Below are positions 13,256 to 26,789 of a stretch of DNA of 64,000 nucleotides, piece by piece (position 1 is the stretch's first letter; each line of letters begins with the position of its first letter). Under the pieces are notes generated by a model. It did no database searches and was not told the DNA's origin. It worked only from the letters and a program-made list of their open reading frames with translations. The stretch is from contig OX597815.1 in NCBI GenBank assembly GCA_951406725.2, forward strand, positions 158,038,001-158,102,000, given 5' to 3'. A program made the translations under genes and the position numbers. The DNA is from Octopus vulgaris (taxonomy: Eukaryota).

Positions 13256-14052
13256 TATCTGAATAAGTGCTAATATCTGAAGGCAATAAATTCAAATTCA
13301 AGGTACTGAAAATTATAAACTGAAACTCAAGTATCCATAACATTTCAACTGTTGAAATTATTGGATGAACGTTAGATTGAATATTTTAGGTTACAAAAAA
13401 TATCTTATGCAAATTTACATAAGAATACTAGATTCTAAAAATAGAGATGAAGTTAAATCAAATGTTAATGAATTGGACATAACACTTGAAGATAATTAAT
13501 TATGTTATGTATAAAATGATGCAAAAAATTAAGAGGAAAATTATTTGTGAAATAATATAAAATACATAGTGTTTGGGGGATTTATTTAATTATGATATCA
13601 AAACGTATTTACAATAACTTCTCTAATACATTGCAGATTGAAAGAGCTCAAGACAAGTATCACTTATACTGATCATTGCAAAATCACTTTGGTATTAAGT
13701 ATTTTCTAAACAATTTATGCTAGAACAGAACCATGTTAGCTTCCCCATTCTAATAACTATATTTGTTCAAAGTCCTAAAATTCATTTCATACATTTAGTT
13801 TCCATGAGATATCGCATGACCTGTTTTAGAGTTGAGCTGTTTTAGAGTTGAGCAAGGTTACTTAGGATCTTATGCAAATACAGATGCATTTAGTATATTA
13901 TATATTGAGGAAACTGCTTATAAGGCTTGTATTAAATCAGAAGTAGGACAATAATTTTATTTTGATTGCCTGTGTTGCTTTACCAGAGGTCTTAAACACA
14001 AATGAGTAAGAAATGTACACACACATATATTAACATGCTCCAAAATAAACAT

Positions 14053-14099
<47 letters not shown>

Positions 14100-14361
14100 T
14101 GAGGGAAAGAGAATAGAAGAGAGGCTGTATTTGTGAACATAGAATAAAATGGAGTTTGATAGAAATAGAAAGTTTACATAAAGTGACATGTACATAGAAT
14201 AACAGAAGCTACAATAAACAAGCAAAAACAATACTTATATAACAGAATATAAGAAGGATTATAGAATAGATTTTACAAATAATCACAAAGAGAATGAAAA
14301 TTATTTTATTAGATTCCATTGAATACATCCAGTTGACAGTGCATGCATCTTCAGAACTTAC

Positions 14362-14406
14362 TGGTAATCCCATTGGTCCATAGTCACCTTTCTCTCCTTT
14401 TTCTCC
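14362..14406 (-). CDS. Collagen exon, 45 nt: GEKGEKGDYGPMGLP
   Basis: Acceptor attatcag, donor GTAAGT; visible inside ORF 14209-14433. Confidence 0.95.
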
Positions 14407-14730
14407 CTGATAATATATATGGCAAATAAACAATAAACATGCAATTGAAAGGTTAGAAAATCTGAATGTGCAAAATCAATATTTACAGTGTGATTTTTTA
14501 GAAAGTAAATTTTTGTATCTCTCAGCTAAAAATAAACAGGACTTTTGTTTTACAATTCTGTTTCTTAATTTATTGTTAAAATACGCTGAGAAAGAATAAA
14601 ATATGAAGAATATAAAAAAAATAATTAATAAAAATCTCCAAAAAATATACATGAAAGAGACACATCCATAATTCATTGGTATAATTATATTTTAAATGCT
14701 ATGAAAAGAAAATTAGAGAAAATAGTTTAC

Positions 14731-14766
14731 CTTAGTACCTGATGCACCTTTCATTCCCATGGGACC
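14731..14766 (-). CDS. Collagen exon, 36 nt: GPMGMKGASGTK
   Basis: Acceptor tctcttaaccag, donor AAG|GTAAAC, 4 triplets. Confidence 0.93.
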
Positions 14767-16612
14767 CTGGTTAAGAGATAAAATTATAATCATATTTAAT
14801 AAATGGAAAAATAAGATTAATTGTGGCTAAAATCTTCATAACATTAACTGTAAATAAGTTGCAATTTAATATGAAAAGAGGTGAAATATAGAAATATATA
14901 AAAGAATTAGCGTTCAACACTTAGGAATATGAAAAATATTTAAATATAATAATTCAACTAAACATTTTGTACAGAAAATTTATAATGGAAATAAATGAAC
15001 CAACTGAAAATTAGTAGGATGATATTTAAGTGCAGATATTGTTATTTACATTTTAAACATTAGCTAAAATGTAAATAACTATATTTACAAAACAGAATCA
15101 AGATTTCATATAGTAGCATGTTTGTAAGTGCTGCTAACGTACATAATATATGTTAATATCAGATCTTTAACATAAAATTTGATTGAATGTTCTTTCATTG
15201 ATTTATAATACCAGATTTTCTAGTGTTGTAGAAGGTCAAAAAGATCTTAATAATAGATTGTAATTTGTATCTGATATATATAAATATATATATATATACA
15301 TATATACATATATTATATATTATATACATATATATATATATATTTATATATATATTGGTGCCATGAAAAAATGCACCTGATACCTTGTGTGAAGTGGTTG
15401 ACATTAGGAAGTGCATCTAGCCGCAGAAGCTATACTAAAAATGAGAATGAATCCTGTTGAATTGTCATATCCATGTGAACATGGAAAATGGATACAAAGT
15501 TGGTGACAACAATATTAATATCATCAGCATCACTCAGGCTCATAATAGATTTTGCATAAGATATGTGCCTGCTTGAAGAATTTCAGGTTTTTCTGCACTA
15601 TTTCTAGCCCCAAATGGCTAACTTTTGTATATCTAGGACTTCGTCTTTCTCCATTTCTAAGTTAAGGGTAAAAATAAAACAACTCTGCAAAATACAACTG
15701 ATCTTTACACACAGACGTACAGAATAACAGCTATCAAATAACAATAGCAGAGTGCACAACAAACAACAGTGATCTGACTGTCACCTGTATTCTTGACAAG
15801 AGATGCCAGTTAGTCTTTTACACCTACCAGGCTTGTTCGTATTAGTCTGAGTTGCTGGATAATTTTTACATTACTTTAACAATATTGTAAAACGGAACCT
15901 TTTTATAAATTGGAATTTAAATCCTAATCTCTATAGAAATTTATAGTTTCAAGAAAACATTAAATTTGAATTACTTTTAATTTTTATGATTATAGATAAC
16001 AACTCAGGCTGTAATTTCTGAGCCCAAGTTAGGCATGTGTGAACGAAGTCGAGAGAATGTCAGCTACAAAAGATATTTTTTGACACGTGGCACTTTTAAG
16101 ACGACTGCCAAATGCTGAACGAAAATGTACTGTGACCACGCTCAATAAAAGGAGCCCGAGTTATGGACTGCAATTACATACTTGAAGTCAGTGTTGGCAG
16201 AAATTAAATCAGCTTGCAAATACATGATCACTTTACAAAATTTATACTTGGGCTGAGTCCAGAGTTGCCACTGATATAAATCTATATATATATATATATA
16301 TCTTAAAGCAGATTTTTTGACAGCCTAATGCTTTTCTTGTTTCCCTATTGTAAAGCAAGGTAATATCTCCCCATGGCTGGTTATGTTTTTACACGAGACT
16401 GAAAATGAAAGCCACTGCTTGTATAATGGGGATGCTCATTTACAACTATTGTGCAATGTGAAGACAAGGAAATACACACTAACACCCACCTCATACACAC
16501 ACGTATATACATAAACACAATTAGGTTAAACCATTACACTCAGTACTATATTTGTGAGATGAGGTATTTATATAATGTATACTGTTTATATACATTATGT
16601 GATATATCTATA

Positions 16613-16670
<58 letters not shown>

Positions 16671-17099
16671 ATTGTATTATTTGCCTTGGTTCTAAGATTG
16701 GATGCCTTTCCTATCACCAACCACTGTATTGAGTGGTGCATTTTCTCTTTGCCCCAACACTCAACTACTCAGTAATCTGAGATATGTAGACTGAGGAGGG
16801 AACAGCAAAGAGAGCAATGACAACAGAGGGGCTGTAATGGGTAGTTGAAAAAGGGGATAGGAATGAAGTGTTGAGAGTACTCAGTAGTGTAGGGCATGAA
16901 CATTTGCTCAGGTGTAAGAGAATGGAAGTGACAAGAGAATGATTGGAAGTATGGTGGGAAACTCAGAGCAATATTAAGGAGCAAGAGAGATTATTCAGAA
17001 AAGTGGAGCGGGAGTGCTGGCTAGTAGTACAGCAGAGTGAAACTGAAAGTTCAAGAGTTAGTAATTGGCACTGAAAGTCATAGTTACTGCTTTTGAAAT

Positions 17100-17500
17100 G
17101 AAAAGGGTATCAGACTCCTTAATTTTTTGAGAATGTGGCTACACCACAAACAATAAATGGCACATTGAGACACTCAAAAAGCTTAAGGGAAGCCATTAGA
17201 AGGAATAGACCATGACAATGTGCAACCACACATCTTTGGTGACAACTCAGGCAACTGGCAAATTGAGATACATTATGGTGCCCCACCCACTGCACAATCT
17301 GAATATAGTGTCCACCAGCTTCCACTTACAGTGAAGGACAGTTTATAAGGACAACAGTGCATACCTGAATTTTTCCAAAGTGGATTCAAAGAGGGTTCAA
17401 TGATTGTACATATGCAACGATTGTTATGGAGACTATGTTAGGTAATACATTTTGCATAGAGGAAGTGGTATTCTACAAACATGTGCAATTTGAAGATTCT
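17100..17500 (+). mobile_element. Mariner transposase 3' remnant
   Basis: gtgccccacccactgcacaatctgaatatagtgtccaccagcttccac reads VPHPLHNLNIVSTSFH, a decayed LPHPPYSPDLAPSDFH; preceded by a HDN motif. Confidence 0.45.
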
Positions 17501-18179
17501 TTTATTCTTTTACTTGTTTTACTTGTTTCAGTGCATTTATTGAGAATACCGGACTGTCTTACACAGGATCTTGTTTTTAGGAATTCCCAATAAGTTATGA
17601 ATACCCAAATTGTGAAGTCAGTTATATAATAACATGAAATTAGTTACCCGATAGTAAGAATTCAAATAAAGTAGCCCCGAAAAGGGCTTTAATATGTTCC
17701 CAGAGTATATAGAACTTAGGAGGAAATACTAATAAGGTATGTACATTAAAATCATGAAGCATGTTACACACACACACACACACATATATATATAAAATAC
17801 AAAATGGGACAAGAAAGTAAAACCTCAAGACAGTTAGGTGATACAAAAAAAGGACAACAAAACATCCAGATAGACGATACAAAGAAAACAAAGATGGGTC
17901 ATTCAGAGTTTTCTTTCCTCAGTCGAGTTCCAGATTATCTTTAATGTGCTTGTTAATCTGAGGTTTTCTCCATTTTCTGATTATTTATATTTGTTTCCTG
18001 ATAAACTTTTGTTTATCCTGTTGTCACCTGCACTATATGTATGTGCATAGTGTGCCTGCACAGCAATGCCTGGAGATAAATATACATATATATATTAATA
18101 TATATATGCTATATACATATGTATGTGCATATGATTAGATTGCATCAAAAGATACAATCTAATCATCAAAAGAGATAAA

Positions 18180-18945
18180 AACATTGAAACAAATTCCAGG
18201 TCTTCCCACTCTACCTATGTTCAGTGAATACCACTGATGAATCATGGATAAACAATGAGAATACTTTCATACAAAAGTACAAACTCAGACTTAACGAGCT
18301 TTATCAAAGTATATACACAAATAACTATTCACACACAAAACTCATTCTGCCACTTAAGATGAGGAACCTACACATCTATCAACCTAAACTTTAGCCACTG
18401 GACTACATACAAATGACTCCTGTCTGCTCTCCCACCAGACACATTAAATCTGGAGTGCCTTGATTGTAACTAATCATGTTCATTCAATTGTGTTGGCCTT
18501 CATTTTAGGTGCAATATATACTACCACATGACACTAACACACAAACGTAGCAGCCAAACATACAGAAGGTTCTAAATTTAATCATGTGATCATTCTCTAC
18601 AAACTCTTGACAGAAAACATTCAGAACATTGGTTGTTTAGCACTACCCCTAGACTTGTTCAGTCAACTGTGTCAGCTTTAAACATTGTCACTTAATACTA
18701 GCATACAGACATAGTGGGGAACTTACAAAAATTTCTAAGACCAGTCATGTGACTGTCCTCTACCAATCAAACCCTATTCAAAACATATACTAATTTGAGC
18801 CATGAACTCCCTACAAAAATAGGGCAAGCTTCAAACATTAGTCAGAAGCAAGAAAGCTGTGACATAAGCCATGTCTTTCTATTTCAACTTTTTGAAAATC
18901 ATTGTAAACTGTGAAACCGGTTAAATCTTTATAATAATAAAAAAT
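18180..18945 (+). mobile_element. Decayed Penelope-like terminal region with two degenerate hammerhead motifs
   Basis: CTGATGA-atcatggataaacaatga-GAATAC at 18234-18265; TTGAAAA-tcattgtaaactgt-GAAACCGGTTaaa at ~18892-18926. Confidence 0.4.
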
Positions 18946-19037
18946 ATTTAAACTATTCTCAGTGCATTTTCAACTTCTGTTTTTCCTATATTTCTACCTG
19001 TGTGGAATAAAATAACCTTGTTTTTTCTATATAGTAT

Positions 19038-19095
<58 letters not shown>

Positions 19096-21090
19096 TATAA
19101 TATAAATATGTGTGTATGTGTGTTATCAAAGAGAAAAATGGAAAGAAGCATTCACCTTCACAAAAACATGCATACATATAAAAATTAAGCAATTATTTGT
19201 CAAAAGATAAAATGGTAAAAATACATATTTTAAACATGACAATGTTATCATTTTAAAATAATATTAAATCAAGTGGTAGATGTACTACAGTATATAATCT
19301 AGTAACTAATAATATATAAAGCATATGTCATTTAAAATAATCACGACTCTTTTAAAATTAGAAATGTAAAGGGTTAGCTAAATCTAATGGAAGCAGGGAA
19401 ACACAAACACAACAGTAATAGCAAACAGAATACTTTTTTTTTACATTTAAAGCTAAACTTTTTCATACCAAATAGCTGTTAACATACTTATATAATAAGA
19501 GTAAAAAGACATTAAAAGAATGAGTGAGAGAGAGAGGAAAAACATAATGTTAGAAGTCAATAATTATGGTTAAAAATAAACATTAAGTAGAGTATTAGAT
19601 AATGATAACAAAGAATAGTAAAAACATATATTAAGTACTTCTCTAAATTAAAAAAAAAGTACGTATGTCAGGCAAAATTTTCTCAATAATTTTTAGTGAA
19701 TCAAGAAAATTATAAAGAAAAAAATGGCAGGTAGAGTGCTGTTATGCACTATTTTTTCACTTTTAAGGCACAAAAATCATATAATTTTCTAAAGTGATAT
19801 AAAAGAAACTACAATAGATATTAGATTTTGTAACTGAGTAAAATTCCTGCACATACTCAGAAGCAAAAAAATAAATTGCAATGAATCAAAAATGACAAAT
19901 AGTCCAATATTTCATTATTTATCACCAATAATTCTATTAAAATGTTTCACAGGAAATTAAGTTGCATTGAATCAAATTTGTTGAGGAAAACAAAACAAAA
20001 ACAGAGACCCTCACAATGTATATACACATATATTAATTTTAAATACATTGCTACAGCAGGCACCTAGTTTATTAGTGGTGGCAAATCTTTAATAGTAATA
20101 ATTACTGCTGGTTTAATTGATCTAAAGAGGGTAATGGTTGAAGTCACCGACTTTAAACTTTTAGAAAAACTGCCATTCTTTTTAAACATCACTTGTATGT
20201 TACATTGTATTAGTATTAGTTGTATAATAATAGGAATTCAACAGATAAGAGGAATTCAACAGATATTTGATAGAAAAAATATAAATCTAAGGAACATATT
20301 AAATTGAGTACAGCAACTAAATACTGGAATATCAATTGTATGCATGAAAATAATTGAATCGTTGATATATCACAGAAAGAAATAGTGATAACTATGTTAA
20401 GGAATATGATGATGATAATAGCAGCAGCACTAATTAATGCAATAATGACAGAAAGTAATATTCGATCTTTCTGTCACAAAGTTTCCTGGGTCTGCAGGGA
20501 AATGTTCAGTTTTGGAAATCATGATATGCTTTGTTTGTATAAACCATATGTTATATAAATATGACTAGATCAAAAGAAAATTGGGAAAATTTTCTATTTA
20601 AATTTAACACTGTATCTCATATGCTTTCATGCATAATTATGCTGTACTAAATCTACCATGCTAAAATAACACACAAAAATTTGACCATATACATTTTTTC
20701 TCTATATCATAGCAAAATTGATCTTATTTTATTAAAAGTGAAAAATTTGAAAACATGTCAAAGTTGAAATTCTCTAACCATTCTATAACCGATTATACAT
20801 GTTAAAAATAAAATCGGCTATTAAAATGATTTTAATAGTGATCAGAATAAGAGTGAATCTTACACTCATTTTGAAAAAAGGTTTCATTTTTTCCTGTTAC
20901 AGAATTTCTAAGTAATCATTATTTGAGTCATGATAATTGATATTTATATTTTTTTTAAATATCTATTTTGCTAGATAAGTAGATAGTTAATATGATTAAT
21001 CTGTACAGTATGGAAAAATAGATATTAGAACAAAGATTATTGGTTCTATATAAACTAGAATTATTAAACCTGTTTAAAAACAACACTTAC

Positions 21091-21144
21091 AAGACTATTT
21101 TCTGATTTGGGTTCCACTTTTCCATTATTGCTTCTCAGAGAAAG
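21091..21144 (-). CDS. Candidate cassette exon, 54 nt: LSLRSNNGKVEPKSENSL
   Basis: Acceptor ttttttctattgaccttgaaccag, perfect donor GTAAGT, open phase 0-0; non-collagenous. Confidence 0.45.
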
Positions 21145-22559
21145 CTGGTTCAAGGTCAATAGAAAAAAACTACATGGGTAAATAAGCTAGCCAAATTTAT
21201 AGAGAGAAAGCTTTAAATAAAAAGCTAAGGAATCGAACAGGTAAGGATTCTTTCAGATATGCAAGAATGATAAAAGCAAGGAAGATTCATGTATAAATAG
21301 AGATAGATAGACAGACAGACAGATATATACAGAGAGAGAGAGAGAGTGGAAGGGGGGAGAGAAGAATACAGTTCATGTTTTGGACAAACTGAACTGTAAC
21401 CTTTTCTGCATAAATCATGCAAGGTGGCTCCTTTATTGTTTATTCATTTATGTCATGAAAGCTTATTTCAAAGAAAAGGAAAAAAAAAAAAGAAAAAGAA
21501 AGAAAAATATTGCCTGTAATGACTTTATTAAAATAAAAATGTAGAAGGCTGAATTAACATCATGCAACTAATACTTATCTAAATTTCTCTATATTATTTA
21601 TTGGTGAGAGATGTGTAGAAAGAGTGTTCCACAATAATACAGGTTGAGAAAAGAATGTTAGTGCATGCCATTTCTTGTAGGTAACAAGAGAATCATTTAA
21701 TAAAAAGATAGATTGACAAGTGGTATGTAATATTTTAAATAAGGCTAAGATGAAATCAATAGATTTTAAAGAACAAGCAGTCATAGCAATATTAAATCAA
21801 ATGAAAACTAAACATTACATGATGATAGAAAAGGCAGCAAGTTACTAATATGGTTTTGTAAATAAAACAAGATAGTTTGTGTTTCTAGCTATAGTCAAAC
21901 ATATAGGATGCACCATTCCATATTTAGAAGCTATCTTGATGCAATATTGGCTGTTTAAGGATAGGATTACAAGCTTTATGTTCAAACTAATTCTGTGATC
22001 ATACTAACATTCAGAAAAGTATACATATCATGAATAACCTTCCATGCCCTTTTTTACTTAAATTAATATTGAATATTTGACTTCTCTCGCTATCTTCTAT
22101 CGATAGCATTTCTATTAATATTCTTATAGTTCTGAAGTTAACTGTAGATATTGCATGATATTTTTCTATCTTTTTTGTTTTTATTGACATAAACAGTGTC
22201 ATTTATTGATATTATATTCATTTCGTTTATGGTTGTGGCATAGTATACAAATCCTGAGACACTAGTGACTTCACCAAGCTCAAACAGCATAGCTCAACAT
22301 GGAGGACACTAAGCTTGGGGCAATCTCAAACTCCAGTAATTTGTTTATTCAAAAGAGTTGTCATGATTTGGTCTATTTAACTTTAAAAAACATCTCCAAT
22401 ACTTTAATATAATTGTTTGTGCACTACACACACTTCAGTAAAAGCCATTAAGTGATTGAACTAAAGATGGTATTTGGCAGACACCAAAATGAAGCCGTTT
22501 GGCAGCTCTGTAACACCAAATTTTACTGATGTAACATACTCCAAAATCGAAAATCTTTA

Positions 22560-23987
22560 TCCCACACCATAATTCACTCTTAACATGCTCTGCAATCACC
22601 TAACACTTCCTTAACTCAAGATATATAAACCTTTCTATTTCAATCACTCCATTATCTCTGCCTGTAGCTGCTATACTGAACTCCTTTACAGTTACTTTGT
22701 TAAATTCAGGTCACCCTTTGTTACTGCTGTTTTTCCATATCAAAGGAGCTAACAATGCCTTTAACTTTTCTTCTCTTCTATCTTGGACCTTTGCAACTCC
22801 TATTCGACATAGCTGTGAAATCCCTGTACACTATTATTATCCACAATGACAGAATCTTAGGCCTTGAACACTTCTTCAACTTCTGTGACTTAGCTTAATC
22901 TAGCATTCCCCAAATTCTGCTTAGTCGAACTCCTCCTTATACTGAATTGTTTTTCTTCCTTTATGAGCAATACTAAGGCCTGGATATTTTCCTAATCCAT
23001 CAAACCTATGCTGGAATTATATGAGCTCACTCTAGAAATTTTCTCACTACCTTCTCTTACATCAATGCCTCTCATCCCGATCTGCAAATTATCTCTATTA
23101 TCTCCAACACTTCTGTCACAATTATCAACATCTCCATCACAATTGATAACGCTTATATTTTTTGAGATGTCTGATAATATGAGGTTCTTGAGACAACCTG
23201 CTCACCTCAGCAAAACTGAGTTCTGGAAGTGCTGTGTGTTTCACCAACAAGTAACATTAAATCTTTCAGACACCAACAAACCCAACTACATCTCCTCTTC
23301 CACACATTTCCTTTTTCTCATGCACTATGCTTATCTCGTCTCCATTCCTGCAGCCCAACCCTGTCCTTCCAATCATATCATTGCTATTCTTTTGTCCCTG
23401 CTCAATATCTCTATATACACAGGTTTCACCAGTCACTGCATTCCCCTCACCCTCTTTGTAGTCATGCATCCTCAGCAATGCTCTGCCATCCCATTTATAT
23501 TTTCATTCCTGTACCTTGCCACATATTGCTACAATCTCTCTCTCTCTCCTACTTCCTCCTTCTGACTGTGATGGCCATGTATTTCCTCTACAACAAGACA
23601 TCCGTTTCTGTCTTTATCATACATTAACCTCTTATAACTGATGCAAAGTCACCTCTCTCAATACCACCCACCCCCTTAAACAATCTTTGTCATGCAAGTC
23701 TCCAGTGCTGGTGTTATGCAAAAAGCACCCAGTCCATTGTGAAATGGTTGGTACTAGGAAGGGCATCCAGCCATGAAAACCATGCCAAAACAGACCTTGC
23801 TAGTGCCATGTAAAAAGCACCCAATCTATTCTGTAAAGTGGTTGGTGTTAGAAAGGGCATCCAGCTGTAAAAACCATGTCAAAACAGACAGTGCGACTTG
23901 GTGCAGTCCTGTGGATTGCCAGCTCCTGTCAAACTGTCCAACCCATGCCAGCATGGAAGACAGATGTTAAATGATGATGATGATGAC
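22560..23987 (+). mobile_element. Long pyrimidine-rich retroposon body ending in the ggaagggcatccagc / (GAT)n tail
   Basis: 23570-23630 (gccatgtatttcctctacaacaagaca) matches the reverse complement of 44800-44850; tail 23830-23987 matches 35537-35682. Confidence 0.55.
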
Positions 23988-25166
23988 TTGCACTTTTGCT
24001 TCAAATTTTCCTTATTCTCATTCCATGTACCATAACTGTGTTCCAATAAATCCAAGCCTCTCTCTGACAAAGCCATATCATTTTTGCTCCATATGAAAAA
24101 GCCATATCATTTTTGCTCCACATGAAGATATCCACAAACAAGGTTCCCTGTTCTGACTTACACTTGTTAACTCTGTTACATTAGCAGAATATTATCTACA
24201 ACTTCCATTTTCTTTCCTTTGACTCTCAAACTGCTTCATCTTTCCCAAACCTTTCTGCCTCTTTTTCAAAAGAGACAAAAAACTTGCAAGACCTTATTGG
24301 TCAGAAGTTTTCTTCTTCCAGTACCTTCAAATGCTTCTACTTTGTATATTACATTTGTCAGTTCATCACAATCAGTATATAACCAGTTCTCAATCCCAAT
24401 TGTAAGTTGCAAACCACTTTGTACTTTCACCAACCTTATTCACTACATCACTTGCAAATCTCTAAATGAAACGAGTCCAGCTGTTGGCTAGTGAATCATT
24501 TTTTGAGCAACTCTTTGACATCAGAAAACATTTCTCTGCATGAAGGTTCTTGTCTACCAATTATTTAAACTTCCAACTGTTTGTACTCACTATTTGCCAC
24601 AAACCATCACTAGTTTCCCTGGATGCTACTTATTTTATCATAATTGTGTACCTTGTTCTGGTAAATAATATCAGTGCTTTCAGTTTAGTTTCAAAAACAA
24701 TTTATTTCTTGGATCTTTATTTTGCACTTGATTTTCTCTAACATTTTATATAGAATAACTATTTATTTTATGTTCTAAAGACACTATCAACATAATATAG
24801 AGTTAGTAAATTTCCTTATTTACTATAATTGGTTTAGTTTATCAAATTCAATAAATGGAAACATTTTACATGGATATTTTAAAAGTAAACTTTTAATTGA
24901 TATTAATGAAATGCTCAAATTTATTTCTTCTATCAATGAAATAGAAATGGGCTTAACTTAAGGAATTATCTGCTTTTGACATCATTAACCTTAGTCTAGT
25001 TCAATCTTTCAAATTAGGATAATATGAATTACTTTTGGGGGCTCAAATTGGGTGAAGTTATATTACTCTAGCTATTAACACTTAGAGGTAAAAAAAAAAG
25101 AAAACCAAAAAAAAAAAAAAAACCACACATTAACTAAAATTTTAAATGAGCTAAATGATATCTTAC

Positions 25167-25199
25167 CGAAGGGCCGGGAGGACCGGTTGGACCTGGTAT
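25167..25199 (-). CDS. Collagen exon, 33 nt: IPGPTGPPGPS
   Basis: Acceptor ttctattctatag, donor GTAAGA, phase 0-0. Confidence 0.92.
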
Positions 25200-25701
25200 C
25201 TATAGAATAGAATGTTTATATATGTTTTAATAAGACTATAGTGCATGCTTTCATGAAATATATTTTTAAGACAAAATAATGCATTTTGCCTCATATCAGT
25301 TTTTCTTTCCAATCAGGTGATCATATTGACATTTAAATCACAAAGAGCTCATAACTCTTCTACTGTTAATGGTTTACCCTTAATCATGTTAGGTATTGAA
25401 TAGAAAAATCACCACATTTTTCTATTTATGGAGCTTTTAATTTTAACCCTCTTTTTCTAAGTTTGATTATCTGTTATAGATTTTTAAGAAATCTGGATAT
25501 ATATATAAGGATATAAAAGTGATTTAAAATCTTATTGTTAGTATTGAAAAGGAATATTGGTTATAATATCTATAATTAGTTAAATGAGTACATGAATGCT
25601 TTATGAGTTATTTGAAGTGACACTTTTAAAGCTGCTGTAGCAATGACACAGTGATTGAATCCTTAATATTTCAAAATATGTTTTCTACTTGGTTTACTTA
25701 C

Positions 25702-25719
25702 ATAGGAATATGAATTAGA
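25702..25719 (-). CDS. Candidate microexon, 18 nt: SNSYSY
   Basis: ttaattgttttcatatttag|TCTAATTCATATTCCTAT|gtaagt; in frame and positioned exactly inside the existing helix interruption. Confidence 0.6.
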
Positions 25720-26155
25720 CTAAATATGAAAACAATTAATGCAAAGCATTTGGGAAAGTGGAGTTAAGAGAATCTATAAAATTAATTTTCATGTTTAGAA
25801 TCTCAAAAATGTTCAGTCAGCTTTTGCATATAAGCTGCAATGTCTATTGGCTATCAAATGTGATTAAGAGAATGATTGATAAAAAAATCTGTTTTCTCTT
25901 CTTTGATTAACAGTTGTCACAACCACAAAAGGAAAAAAGGAAAGGATGAAATTTTTATAGAAAATGAAAGAATGATATAAATTAGCTATATTTGTCATTC
26001 ATTGTATAATACTGACTTTATTTGAAAGAAGAAAAAAAATTAAAATGAAAAGTACCTGACATCCTATAATATTTTCTTTTCAATTAGAAGTATTAAAGAA
26101 AAACATTTTAAAAAAAGGATATGAAATCTGTACTTTAAGATTTTTATACACTTAC

Positions 26156-26197
26156 CCCTTCACCACTGCCACCACCTTCAATAACACCAGTCTCACC
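26156..26197 (-). CDS. Collagen exon, 42 nt: GETGVIEGGGSGEG
   Basis: Acceptor tttttgtttcttcag, donor GTAAGT, phase 0-0. Confidence 0.9.
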
Positions 26198-26379
26198 CTG
26201 AAGAAACAAAAAACATATTATGTTTATGTCATTTAAATAGCTTATTCTATTTTTTGTTATATATTATATATTTTATTCTTATTTCTTATATATATGAGTG
26301 TGTGTGTGTGTGTATATATGTATGTGTGTATGCATACAACAATGTGGTGTTGAGCATTCTGTGTGTGTGTATATATATA

Positions 26380-26785
26380 CATTCTTTTATTCTTTTATTT
26401 GTTTCAGTCATTTGACTGTGGCCATGCTGGAGTACCGCTTTTAGTCAAACAAATAAATCCCAGAACTTATTCTTTGTAAGCCTAGAACATATTCTATGGG
26501 TCTCTTTTGTCGAACCGCTTATTTACAGAGACGTAAACACACCAACATCGGATGTCAAGCGATGGTGGTAGTGGTAGGGGGGACAAACACAGACACACAA
26601 ACATATACACACGCACACACATATAAATGATGGGCTTCTTTTAGTTTCCGTCTACCAAATTCACTTACAAGATTTTGGTCAACCCGAGGCTATAGTAGAA
26701 GACACTTGGCCAAAGCGCTACACACTGGGATTGAACCCTGAGCCATGTGGTTGGTAAGCACACTACTTATCACACAGCCACACCT
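26380..26785 (-). mobile_element. tRNA-derived octopus-type SINE, near full length
   Basis: Reverse complement begins aggtgtggctgtgtgataag...gggttcaatccc (A/B-box-like), has an internal (TG)n tract and ends in an A-rich ataaaagaataaaag tail. Confidence 0.8.
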
Positions 26786-26789
26786 ATAT

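Noticed and set aside
16189-16273. Small MITE with cagtg..ggca termini
   Set aside because: Inverted match too short and gapped; no target-site duplication seen
23008-23627. 185-aa and 132-aa ORFs
   Set aside because: They lie in a pyrimidine-rich repeat body; Leu/Ser/Pro-biased with no recognisable domain
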